Source: Octopus bimaculoides
Taxonomy: Eukaryota
Assembly (NCBI RefSeq): GCF_001194135.2
Contig: NC_068981.1
Location: 198,550,804-198,588,189 of the forward strand
Reading direction: 5' to 3'
Length of the DNA stretch: 37,386 nucleotides
Shown in pieces: positions 1 to 10,528 of this stretch. Under the pieces are notes generated by a model. It had not been told where the DNA came from and searched no databases. It worked only from the letters and a program-made list of their open reading frames with translations. Both the position numbers and the translations under genes were made by a program. The number at the start of each line of letters is the position of its first letter. Within the stretch, counting starts at the first letter, position 1.

Positions 1-233
1 TATATATATATATATATATATATGTGTATGTGTGTGTGTGTGTTTGTCCCCCCCCCCAACATCGCTTGAGAACCGATGCTGATGTGTTTACGTCCCCGTA
101 ATTTTGTGGTTCGGTAAAAGAGATCGATAGAATAAGTACTAGGCTTACAAAGAATAAGTCCTGGGGGCGATTTGCTCGACTAAAGGCAGTGCTCCAGCAT
201 GGCCGCACTCAAATGACTGAAAGAAGTAAAAGA
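1..233 (+). mobile_element. SINE 3' portion (tail type 1) preceded by its internal (TA)n(TG)n microsatellite
   Basis: catcgcttga...ataagtactaggcttacaaagaataagtcctggggg...gctccagcatggccgca..caaatgactgaaa; homologous segments recur at 3601-3720 (-), 17083-17313, 23607-23752 and 32445-32650. Confidence 0.8.
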
Positions 234-554
234 GGTCAAATGAAAGAGGGTGAGGGGAAAATGGTGATATGGAATTAACGAAACTCGACTAAATAAAACA
301 AAACCAAACAACCTAAAATATTCTCTGTAGCTTCTTCACACTCTGTTGAAGTGTCTCCCGTTGCCATATATTTACTCACCATGCAGTTAAAGAGAAAAAA
401 TGATTGAAATTAATCATTACTCATTTTACCCCACTTTAGACATCAACGTTTGAAACTTGAAAATTATCAATTTAGATATTAGTGTAGGAAAAAATTGATT
501 TGGAATCCAACAGAGAAAAAACTATTGATTGTTAAACATCAAAAATTAAGATCT

Positions 555-996
555 CTCAAAGGAGATGGAACACGTGGAAGCTGGAGATCCAGGAAGACAC
601 AGGATGAAGTACTGAACAATGAGCTCAGGATACTGAATGTTTCAGGCGAGATGGCAAAAGCCTGAGATGCCTGATGAATTGCTGTACTCTAGAAGACCCG
701 TACATCACAGCAGAAACGTTAAGACCGGTTCCTCTGGTGTAAAGTACTTGTGATGCTGCCGCGTAAAAGTACCCATGCAGTGCCACATAAACGTGCTCGG
801 GTAGTGCCATGTAAAAGCACCCAGCACACTTTGTAAAGTGGTTGGCATGTTAGGAAGGGCATCCAGCCATAGAAACCATGGTGAAGTAGACTGGAGCCTG
901 GTCATGCTGCTCAGCTTGCCAGCCCTGGTCAAACTGTCCAACCCATGCCAGCATGGACACTGGACGTTAAATGATGATGATGATGATGATGATGAT
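555..996 (+). mobile_element. Degraded 5'-truncated RTE-clade LINE (RT C-terminus remnant, 3'UTR, (GAT)n tail)
   Basis: ccaggaagacacaggatgaagt resembles the RKTWDEV-coding segment of the copies at 4560 and 20487; ends gcatgg...ggacgttaaatgatgatgat. Confidence 0.75.
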
Positions 997-1692
997 AGTC
1001 TATTTGCAACTTCAATTACAATCATGTCAATGAGGAAAACGTTCTTAATAAAAGGGCCCCTGCCATCTGACTATATTCCAGACTTCCTCAACTATGCTGG
1101 TCAATTTTTACCCCTAAGTATAATGTAGCAATACTTGCAATATAAGGATTTCAAACAGGGACGGAGAAATAATGAGAAATCAGAAGTTACTCATTTTGTC
1201 CCTGTTAATGATTCTACAGCCTACAATCCTAATTCTGTTACGTGTAGTAAATGGGGGTCAACATTGAGACCACATTCAAGGTATTTAACTCTAGCTCATC
1301 ATTCTTTTCCCCCTTATCCCTGGACAATCTCAGAGTTAAGGGGATATTTGCTCTGGCTGGGGCTAGTTTCATTAAACTAGGTTCCACAATGACAACTCAT
1401 TCTTCTATGTTTATTGTCTCCAGCTTTGGATCTTCCTCTTTCACTCGTTCCATTCACATTTAGTGATCGGCACTTTATCAAAAAATGTTTTTATGTGTTT
1501 CAGTTGTGTATTCTCCCAAACTGGGTCAATTTACCCTCTTCTGCTCCTTTGTAAAAATTCATTCTCCTTTTTGTTGGTGTTATTTCATGTTGGAAAGGAG
1601 AGAAAGTTGCTCACTAACTAAAGAGGGGTCAACATGAATGGGAGAAAGGAAACAGAAAAAGTAAGAGAGGAGCATTTAGGTAAACCAAGATT

Positions 1693-2258
1693 CGTCATCA
1701 TCATCATCCTCATCGTTTAACCCTTTGGTGTTTAAGCCGGCCATATCCGGCCCAAGTATCCTACATGATTTACATTCAAACTGGCCATATCTAGCCTCTC
1801 ACACCTAACCTACATTGACAGTCTAAGAATAAACTATCACACCATCGAAACTTCAAAGCTGTAAGATAATGTACGATTAATTCAAAACAATTTGAATAAA
1901 AAAAGTATCACATTTAACAGATTAATCTGAACACTAAAGGGTTAAGGTCTGCCTTCCATGCTGGCATGGGTTGGACGGTTTGACTGAGGGCTGGCAAGCC
2001 AGAAGGCTGTACCAGGCTCCAATTTGATCTGGCAGTGTTTCTACAGCTGAATGCCCTTCGTAATGTCAACCACTCCGAGAGTGCAGAGGGTGGTGCCACT
2101 GGCACGAGGGCCAGTCAGGCAGTACTGGCATCAGCCATGCTCAAATTGTGCTTTTTATGTGCTACTAGCATGGGTGCCAGTCAAGGAGACTGGCATCGGC
2201 CTCAACAATTATTTTACTTGACTCAACAGCACAGTTTATTGCCCAATGATTGAAGGGT
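1693..2258 (-). mobile_element. RTE 3'UTR/tail element, interrupted by a MITE at 1721-1941
   Basis: (CAT)n-cgtttaa on the left rejoins ggtctgccttccatgctggcatgggttggacgg on the right once the insert is removed. Confidence 0.85.
1721..1941. mobile_element. piggyBac-type MITE, 221 bp
   Basis: TTAA at 1717-1720 and 1942-1945; TIR CCCTTTGGTGTT / AACACTAAAGGG (11 of 12 match); CCC...GGG ends with a TTAA target duplication are piggyBac hallmarks. Confidence 0.85.
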
Positions 2259-2330
2259 CATATTGGTATTGTTACACACAGGTAAAAGAACTGAGTTGAA
2301 CATTGACCAGGCTTTCTATATTGAGAAAAA

Positions 2331-2622
2331 GGTCGTTGCCAGTGCCACCTGACTGGCTCCCATGCTGGTGGCACATGAAAAATGCCATTTGAGCGTGGTT
2401 ATTGCCAGTGCCACCTAACTGGTTTCTATGCTGGTGGCGTGTAAAAAGCACCCACTACACTATACTCTTGGAGTGGTTGGCATTGGGAAGGGCATCCAGC
2501 TGTAGAAACCTTGCCAGATCGGATTGGAGCCTCGTACAGCCTTCTGGCTTGCCAGTCCTCAGTCAAACCGTGCAACCCTTGCCAGCATGGAAAGCGGATA
2601 TGAAACAATGATGATGATGATG
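2331..2622 (+). mobile_element. RTE 3'UTR/tail element
   Basis: Internal gccagtgccacctgactggc repeat units, ggaagggcatccagctgtagaaac core and (GAT)n tail. Confidence 0.85.
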
Positions 2623-3600
2623 TGTAGAGATGGCAAGAATTTGAATGAGGGGTTAGCACTCAAATCCTAAGAATAAAAATAAAATACCTCGATAGAGCTC
2701 AATTCTTGAGCAATTGTTTGAAAAGAGGGAGCATTCGAAAGGTGTCAAAATAGAGAGGAAGAACTCAAGGAATAGTTCCACTGCAACATATTGTGACTAA
2801 GATGAATGGTTGAGTATTTAAATTTCCAATTTGGTACTATTGACTTTAAGATCTCTGATGTCCTCAATCATCAACTTTAGGGTCACAAGGACTGAACTAA
2901 TGGAACATTCTAAACAAGCATAACCAAGGTACCAAACATTCAAATCAGACCCCATCCAGTGCAAATAGTGTGGGATTAAGTGGGTCACCCTGTTGTACTG
3001 CTGGGGCTGAGAATGAACAGCTCATTAAAAAATAGATGAGGGTTTTTGATAAACATGTTAAATAAAAGGGTAGGGCTCTGGAATTGTCTCTTTAATTGAG
3101 CTGAGAAAGACATCACGAGTGAGTAAATTTTGTTTTTGAAATCAAATTTAAGAACTACTCTGAGGACTCAGCATATGGCATGAACAGATAATTAGGATCC
3201 CAATTTAGTACCGACCACTGATTAATTGGTGTTAATTAAAAGAGAAAAATAATAATAATAAATAAAGCTGTTGGAAGATCAATGACAGACATTGAATCAC
3301 ACTCAACTGCTGTGAACCATAGACCAGAAGGAGGCTTAAAGAGGGCAAATAGCTTAGCACTAGAGAATAAAGTTGGTAAGGGAGGATGAGGCATTCCAAA
3401 AAAGCCAGGCAACAGGTAAATAGCATCTTTGAGATAAAAATCATCAATTCTAGGACCAGAGGAAAGGAAATCTTGTCTTTTTTGACATTAGATAAAGACT
3501 GGCTGAGTCGCCCAGGCCATTGCAAACAAACGTCTGGAGAAACAAGCAAATGTTACCTTCTGAAATCTAGCAATAGTTTTTTTAGCAATAGTTTTTTTTT

Positions 3601-3720
3601 TGTTTTACTTGTTTCAGTCATGTGACTGTGGCCATGTTGGAGCACTGCCTTAAAGAATTTTTTTTTAGTCGAAGAAATCGACCCCAGGACTTATTCTTTA
3701 TAAGCCTGGTACTTATTCTT
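3601..3720 (-). mobile_element. SINE tail type 1 fragment
   Basis: ttcagtcatgtgactgtggccatgttggagcactgcc...accccaggacttattcttt, the reverse complement of the tail at 1-233. Confidence 0.8.
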
Positions 3721-4559
3721 GCAGAACTGCTATACTGAACAAGATTTAATAAAAAGGAGAGAGAGGATGGATTCCTTCTTTCAATGTCATGCTTGCTGAA
3801 TCCTCATTAATTTCTGGGCCCATGGTTTTTGTTGCAGCAGACCAATGCAAGTTTCAAGAATGAAACCATTATAATAGTAAAAACACCTGCTTTGTAATTT
3901 ATCGAGCATTTTGAAAAAGGTTAAGGGAGTAAACCCCTATGGAAAATCTAGAGCGAGAGAGCCTAAGGCAGATATGCACAGTTATACTTAATCGAAGTCT
4001 GTCATCCCATGCTGCTCGGTGTCTGGTGTGAATGTATTGACTTTTGTTTGCTTCATGGTGTATCCATGAGTGGAGAGATGGCTAGAATACTTTGGTTGAT
4101 GCACTGACTTCTGGAAACAACCCAGGCACAGCAGAGGTGGTTAAGTTACTGCCTCTGCAATACTATTGACTAGCAACGTAAAAGGCCAACTAAAACCACA
4201 CACACACATGGACATAACCTATATTGACCTGACAACTGTGGTTCTAATTCTTTCTCTCTTGTCCTTCTTTTCTATCTGGGCCCAAATTTACTAAATTCTC
4301 TTCCCATCTTGGGGCCTTCCCACTGTTCTTTTCTCATTGCTTGGATACCACAACTGCAAGGTTTCACCTGTTGTCCATTCACAAATGACCTCATTTTGGA
4401 ATATGCTCATGCAACAATATTCTTAACATGGATCTTTCCATGTTCCTTTGTGCTGTGGCCAATCGCTGATGGTCTTTCCTCTTTGTAGTAGGCAATGTCT
4501 CACCTGCACATAAATATGCAGGTAGGAAAGGAACGGCGAAGAAGCTGGCACAGGATGCA

Positions 4560-5413
4560 AATTAATAATGGTTCAGGTGTGCCCACATGGCAGAGTGAAG
4601 ATGCGTCCTGAGAGAAATGTTGGACATAAGAAGCATCAGATGTGGTGTGCAAGAGAGACGACTGCGCTGGTGTGGTCATGTGACGAGAATGGATGAAGAT
4701 AGCTGTGTGAAGAAGTGTCATTCCTTAGTAGTGGAAAGAACTTGTGGAAGAGGGAGACCCAGGAAGACATGGGATGAGGTGGTCAAGTATGACGTTCGAA
4801 CGTTGGGCCTAACAGAGGCAATGATGAAAGACCAAGACCTCTGGAGATCTGCTGTGACTTTGAAGACCCGGCAAATAAAGTGAGTGGACAGCTGTAACCC
4901 ACACCAGTGTCACATAACCAGCGCATTAAAAAAAGTACCTTTGGATCATCAGGTGACATGCTGTGCTTGAGGAAACCTATTGAGTTAAATCAAAATCAAA
5001 ATCAAATGGAAATTGTAGTTGTGGTCGATGCCAGTACTTTTGGCATGCAATAAGCACCATTCATGCGATGATCGCTGCCAGAGCTGCCTGACTGGCTCCC
5101 CATGCTGGCGACACGTAAAAAGTATCATCTGAACATGATCGATGCCAGCCTCTACCTTGACTGGCTCCAGTACCGGTGGCACATAATAAGCACCATCCAA
5201 ACGTAGTTATTGCCAGTGCCGCCTGACTGACTCCCGTGCCGGTGGCACGTAAAAAGCACCCACTCTCAGAATGGTTGGCGTTAGGAAGGGCATCCAGCTG
5301 TAGAAACATTGTCAGATCAGATTAGAGTCTGGTGTGGCCTCCTGGCTTGCCAGTCCCCAGTCAAACCGTCTAACCCATGCCAGCATGGAAAACGGACGTT
5401 AAATGATGATGTT
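4560..5413 (+). mobile_element. 5'-truncated RTE-clade LINE
   Basis: ORF 4617-4883 contains RRLRWCGHVTRM...GRGRPRKTW (RTE RT C-terminal motifs), followed by the repeat-containing 3'UTR and ggacgttaaatgatgatgat. Confidence 0.9.
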
Positions 5414-5593
5414 TCAAATTTCGGCACAAGGCCAGCAATTTCAGGGAAGGGGCTAAGTTGATTACCTATTTAATTGATCCCCAAAAGAATGAAAGGCTAA
5501 TTAACCCTAGCAAAATTTGTACTGAGATTATAAAGATTGATAGAATGCTGCTAAGCATTTTTGCCCTGTGTGCTAACGATCCTGCCAGCTTGC
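5414..5593 (-). mobile_element. tRNA-derived SINE (head type B), degraded
   Basis: Reverse complement begins agcaagctggcaggatcgttagcac, homologous to 15741-15960. Confidence 0.65.
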
Positions 5594-5610
5594 TACTTTA
5601 GATCGCCAAG

Positions 5611-5824
5611 TAATATTCCTTTCTACTTTAGGTCCGAAATTTTCAAGGAAGGGGCCAGTCAATTAGATCGACCTCAGTATGCAACTGGTACTTAATTTAT
5701 CAACCTCCAAAAGAATAAAAGGCAAAGTCAACCTCAGCGGAATTTGAACTCAGAATGTTGAGACTGAAGAAATACTTCTAAGCATTCCGCCCGACGTGCT
5801 AACGTTTCTGCCACCTCGCCGCCT
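5611..5824 (-). mobile_element. tRNA-derived SINE (head type B)
   Basis: Reverse complement aggcggcgaggtggcagaaacgttagcacgtcgggcgg...ctgagttcaaattccgctgagg with A-box-like and B-box-like (GTTCAAATT) motifs. Confidence 0.8.
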
Positions 5825-6254
5825 AGCGTGGTCTGGTTTATTGAAAATAAATTAGAGTAAATACATAATGAATTAATTGTTGCTTTATGTGTGTGTATAT
5901 TAATTACACGACATATTGACGAGTGTCATAGGTGGGATATCTGTGTTATTTTCCTGTTATGGGAGGCTATTAAACCAAAACAAAAAAAAAAAAAAAATTC
6001 TTGGAGCAAAATATATGCACAAAATCAATACATTTCGTCGTTTCTATTTTTACTTTTCCTTGCACTTCTGAAGTGTAAAAAATGTGTCTTTCCTTTTTTT
6101 TTTAAGAAGCTAAATGTAATTTGAGTGAGATTTCGCTGCCATTTTTAGCAGGATGACCGACCAGGGGCTTCCCGGTTCAGCTTTCTCTCACTGTAGATAA
6201 AGGGAGGTAAACTGGTTATTGTTTTCCTAGCAAAGGAGGTTGTAATAGCTTACA

Positions 6255-6445
6255 TCTCTCTCTCTCCCACTCTCTTTCATACTTTGCACCTACTCCTACT
6301 CACTCTCTATCTTACATTTACTCTTACTCGCTATCTCTCACTACTCCCTCTGTGCTACGCTTCCTACCCTCTCTTTCTTCTTTACTCTTTATCTCCGTGT
6401 GGCACTCCTCCCTCACTGACTCTCTCTCTATCTCTCTCTTTCCTT
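6255..6445. repeat. CT-rich low-complexity tract upstream of ABCE1
   Basis: Degenerate (CT)n pyrimidine tract. Confidence 0.7.
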
Positions 6446-6567
6446 ACCACATGGTATCACTGTAGCCATATTGTAGACCAGGCTACATTCATCTTCTTTA
6501 AACTCACCTTCTATCTTATTATTATTCCTACAATACGTGTGAAGAAGAGAAGAAGAGAAGGGGAAGA

Positions 6568-8394
6568 ATGTCGAAACGTGGAAGTTGTAACAAAGAGGAC
6601 AAACTGACGAGGATTGCCATCGTGAGCAACGACAAATGCAAACCCAAGAAATGCCGGCAAGAATGCAAGAAGAGCTGTCCTGTGGTCCGAATGGAGAAAC
6701 TGTGCATAGAAGTGTGTCCCAGTGACAAAATCGCCTACATTTCTGAAGAATTGTGTATTGGATGTGGTATATGTGCCAAGAAATGTCCCTTCGAAGCGAT
6801 TACCATTATCAATCTGCCGAGTAATTTAGAGAAAGACACCACTCACAGGTACAGTGCCAATTCATTTAAACTTCATCGTCTCCCGATTCCTCGACCGGGA
6901 GAGGTTCTTGGTTTGGTCGGTACCAATGGTATTGGCAAATCGACTGCTCTCAAGATTTTAGCAGGTAAACAAAAACCGAATTTAGGACGGTACAACGACC
7001 CTCCAGACTGGACGGACATCTTAACGTATTTTCGGGGTTCAGAATTGCAAAACTATTTCACCAAGATTCTCGAAGACAACATTAAAGCTATTATAAAGCC
7101 TCAATACGTCGACCAAATACCTAAGGCCGTTAAGGGTTCCATTCAACAACTTTTGGATAAAAAAGACGAAAGAGAAAACCAGGACGAAGTGTGTTGTCAG
7201 TTGGATTTGACTCGGGTTCGAGATCGGAACGTGGAGGATCTGTCTGGCGGGGAACTGCAGAGGTTCGCTTGTGCCATGGTATGTATTCAAAAGGCTGATA
7301 TATTTATGTTTGATGAACCGTCAAGTTATTTAGATGTGAAACAACGTCTAAAAGCTGCGCAAGCTATCAGATCTCTGATTCACCCTGATAAATATATAAT
7401 CGTTGTTGAACATGACTTGTCAGTGCTGGACTACCTCAGTGATTTCATCTGTTGTCTTTATGGAGTACCCGGAGCATATGGTGTAGTCACCATGCCGTTC
7501 AGTGTTCGAGAAGGTATCAATATCTTTCTCGACGGATTTGTTCCCACAGAGAATTTACGTTTTCGCGAGACTTCTTTAACTTTTAAAGTGGCAGAGACTG
7601 CCATGGAAGAAATTGTGAAACGTTCGTGCCGTTATGATTACGGCAATATGGAGAAACGGTTAGGTAACCATTTCCATCTGACTATCAAAGCAGGGCAGTT
7701 TTCGGATTCTGAAATCCTTGTCATGTTGGGAGAAAACGGGACTGGTAAGACGACATTTATTAAGATGTTGGCCGGTAGATTACAACCCGATTCTGGGGAC
7801 TCCTTACCCATGTTAAATGTCAGTTATAAACCTCAGAAAATTAGTCCCAAACATCAAGGGACTGTAAGACAGCTGCTTCATGAAAAGATTCGGGACTGTT
7901 ATGTACACCCCCAGTTTGTAGCCGATGTAATGAAACCATTACAGATTGAAAGTATCATTGATCAAGAGGTACAGAATTTATCTGGTGGTGAATTACAACG
8001 TGTTGCATTGACTCTTTGTTTGGGGAAACCTGCCGATGTCTACCTAATTGATGAACCGTCTGCCTACCTCGATTCAGAACAACGTCTCCATGCTGCCAAA
8101 GTCATCAAACGTTTCATTATGCATGCCAAAAGGACAGCTTTTGTTGTGGAACATGACTTTATTATGGCAACTTATCTGGCCGATCGTGTGATAGTGTTTG
8201 AAGGGAAACCTTCTGTGGACACTTTGGCGAATTCACCGCAATCCTTGTTGAAAGGTATGAATGATTTTTTGCAATCTTTGGATATTACTTTTAGAAGGGA
8301 CCCAAATAATTTCAGACCAAGAATTAACAAGTTGAACTCTGTCAAAGACGTGGAACAAAAGAAGAGTGGTAACTACTTTTTCCTGGAAGACTGA
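6568..8394 (+). CDS. ABCE1: ATP-binding cassette sub-family E member 1 (RLI1, ribosome recycling ATPase), intronless, 608 aa
   Basis: N-terminal Fe-S domain with the eight ligand-pattern Cys ([15 protein letters not shown]...[12 protein letters not shown]); two NBDs with Walker [10 protein letters not shown] and GENGTGKTT, signature LSGGE twice, Walker B FMFDE and YLIDE, and H-loops VEHD; canonical C-terminus [24 protein letters not shown]. Confidence 0.98.
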   Translation: MSKRGSCNKEDKLTRIAIVSNDKCKPKKCRQECKKSCPVVRMEKLCIEVCPSDKIAYISEELCIGCGICAKKCPFEAITIINLPSNLEKDTTHRYSANSFKLHRLPIPRPGEVLGLVGTNGIGKSTALKILAGKQKPNLGRYNDPPDWTDILTYFRGSELQNYFTKILEDNIKAIIKPQYVDQIPKAVKGSIQQLLDKKDERENQDEVCCQLDLTRVRDRNVEDLSGGELQRFACAMVCIQKADIFMFDEPSSYLDVKQRLKAAQAIRSLIHPDKYIIVVEHDLSVLDYLSDFICCLYGVPGAYGVVTMPFSVREGINIFLDGFVPTENLRFRETSLTFKVAETAMEEIVKRSCRYDYGNMEKRLGNHFHLTIKAGQFSDSEILVMLGENGTGKTTFIKMLAGRLQPDSGDSLPMLNVSYKPQKISPKHQGTVRQLLHEKIRDCYVHPQFVADVMKPLQIESIIDQEVQNLSGGELQRVALTLCLGKPADVYLIDEPSAYLDSEQRLHAAKVIKRFIMHAKRTAFVVEHDFIMATYLADRVIVFEGKPSVDTLANSPQSLLKGMNDFLQSLDITFRRDPNNFRPRINKLNSVKDVEQKKSGNYFFLED

Positions 8395-8685
8395 AGTAAT
8401 TCTTTGTTTCTGGACGAAATTGTTCTGACTGACGAATAACTAAAAACGGAAAGATATCCCCCCCCACCACGACAAAGAATTTGATTTAAAAAGGAAAATT
8501 TAACATTTCTGAATATAAAACTTGTAATTATATCAGCTGTCGATGCTTACATTAATTACCAAAGTGTGGACTGTAAGCTAAAATCCCAGCTGTCTTGTTT
8601 TGGGGTTTTCTTCTGGATCTGGACATAACAGCAGGAAAATAATGTCATTTTTACTGTACATGTTTTGATTTGGACGGAAATAGAC

Positions 8686-8714
8686 ATTAAAGTGATGAGA
8701 TATAAAAAAAAAAA
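8686..8714 (+). promoter_or_regulatory. Putative poly(A) signal ATTAAA followed by a genomic A11 run
   Basis: ATTAAA at 8686-8691 and A run at 8704-8714, about 290 bp after the ABCE1 stop. Confidence 0.55.
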
Positions 8715-9129
8715 GGAAGAAGGTCAAATATTTTGAATATTCTGTTTATTTTCTTTCAGTTTTCACCCTCTCCCTCAACAATCTACCCTGGTGCACTAAT
8801 TGTCTCTGTTATTATATTAGTTGAAATAATTCCATAGTCTAATTGTTTGGTTGAATTAACAGTTTTATATTTCACTGTCTGTACCCACACAACACTTGCG
8901 TGCGAGAGCTTTCAATTGTGTCTGGTATGTGAATCTTCTATCAAAACTTACTGCCTATGGGCCCCGCCCATTTCTCTTGGATCCACATTCAGAAAAAAGG
9001 GTCACCTGACTGAAAGACACACTCAAGTCTCTGGCCCATGAGCATACTGTCTCCTCTCTCTGCTTCTTCTATAATGGTCTCTGCTTATTAGGACAGGCTC
9101 AGCTCAGGTCTCACTCACAATTGTTACAG

Positions 9130-9458
9130 TAACATATATGTATGTCTATATATGCACATACAAACTTCTGCATATGCAATTTGTGTGTATATATACATAC
9201 ATCTATATCTATGTATATAAAGAAAAATGTATTTATGTATCCATATACATTTATAAACATATTTGTATATATTTATATACCCATATGTGTGTGTGTGTGA
9301 GTTTATATATATCCAACTCATCAGCGTGGAAGAAAACTTGAATACTGATGGCTTTTGTGCATGCAGATTCTCTCTTTCTCTATCTGTCTGTCTATCTATC
9401 TATCTATCTATATATATATATATATATATATGCATATAGATATAAACATATGCATGCA

Positions 9459-9500
<42 letters not shown>

Positions 9501-9510
9501 GGCGTATATA
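9130..9510. repeat. Compound (TA)n/(TG)n/(TATC)n microsatellite region
   Basis: Visible di- and tetranucleotide runs. Confidence 0.85.
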
Positions 9511-10255
9511 ATATTGTATGAATGTGAAAAGGACGAAAATGGAGAAACTGACTTTGCAGATATTAGTTTATTCAAATTCATCTAATGAAATTCCAGTCCT
9601 ACAGCTGTTTCCATACCCAATTAGTTCAATTACAGAAATTAAATTAATTTAATTCAAGTTTCCATACTGAAACTGGCTCGTTAGGTCTTTCACCAGGAAA
9701 AATTTTTTCCAAAAGGGGGTTCCATTTTAACATATTGGTTAACCTATGACAGACACATCTGAGTCTGTTACAAGACTGGAATTTCGTTATTTAAATAAAC
9801 TGATACCTGCATGTCAATTTCTCCATTTTCTTCCTTTTCTCATTCATAAATATTTTAAATGTCTTTATATATCAGTGCAAAACTATTATATTTGGTTCTC
9901 ACTGAACACTGGTCTCAACCGAAGAATTAGGATGCTAGCATCCCTCAAAGGATTATAGGTCATTGACACAATTTTATGTATATATATTGTACTGTTCTGT
10001 GATGGTAAGATCAAAAAAAGGACTCCCATCTGGTGAGAGATAAATATTATTTAATAAACACAGTATATATTTTTATGTGCTACTATTAGTTTCATGTTTT
10101 GAAAGCGTGCCAAACTGTTTTTAACACATCTGGTGTCCTAGCACAATCATCAGACATGATGATTGTGCTCGGACACCAGACATTACAAAATACTGTTTGA
10201 CATGCTTTCAGTACTTGAAACTAATAGTAGCACATAATATATAATATAAAAGGGT

Positions 10256-10528
10256 AAAGACTCCCTTTGGTCATGAATGACCATGGGATTGCACCTAGAA
10301 AGTTTTATGTTTGAGGTACAGGCAAGGCTGTTTATGGAAGACCACCAGTTGCTCATGCATACCATCCTCTCCTCCGATGTTATCCAAGGCAAAGGCAAAG
10401 GCTGATACAGCTTGGCACCAATGACACTGCAACTCATTTCTACAACTGAGTGAACTGGAGCAACGAGAAATAGTGTCTTGCTCAAGATCACAACACACAG
10501 CCTGGTCTGGGAATCGAACTCACTACCT
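10256..10528 (-). mobile_element. tRNA-derived SINE (third family), 5' end truncated
   Basis: Reverse complement starts ggtagtgagttcgattcccagaccaggctgtgtgttgtgatcttgagcaagacac, with a B-box GTTCGATTC and the ttgagcaagacac motif commonly found after SINE tRNA heads. Confidence 0.65.

Noticed and set aside
625-6124. Short ORFs of 60-110 aa in the ORF track
   Set aside because: They overlap repeat copies or low-complexity DNA and lack motifs; only 4617-4883 is informative, as an RT remnant.
6134-6145. YY1-like motif CGCTGCCATTTT upstream of ABCE1
   Set aside because: The surrounding gagatttcgctgccatttttagcagg matches the reverse complement of cctgctagaaatagcaacctaaat near 32759-32782, so it is probably part of a dispersed repeat.
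6541-6547. gaagaag as a target-site duplication matching the sequence after the A run at 8716
   Set aside because: Only 7 bp inside a low-complexity purine tract; expected by chance.
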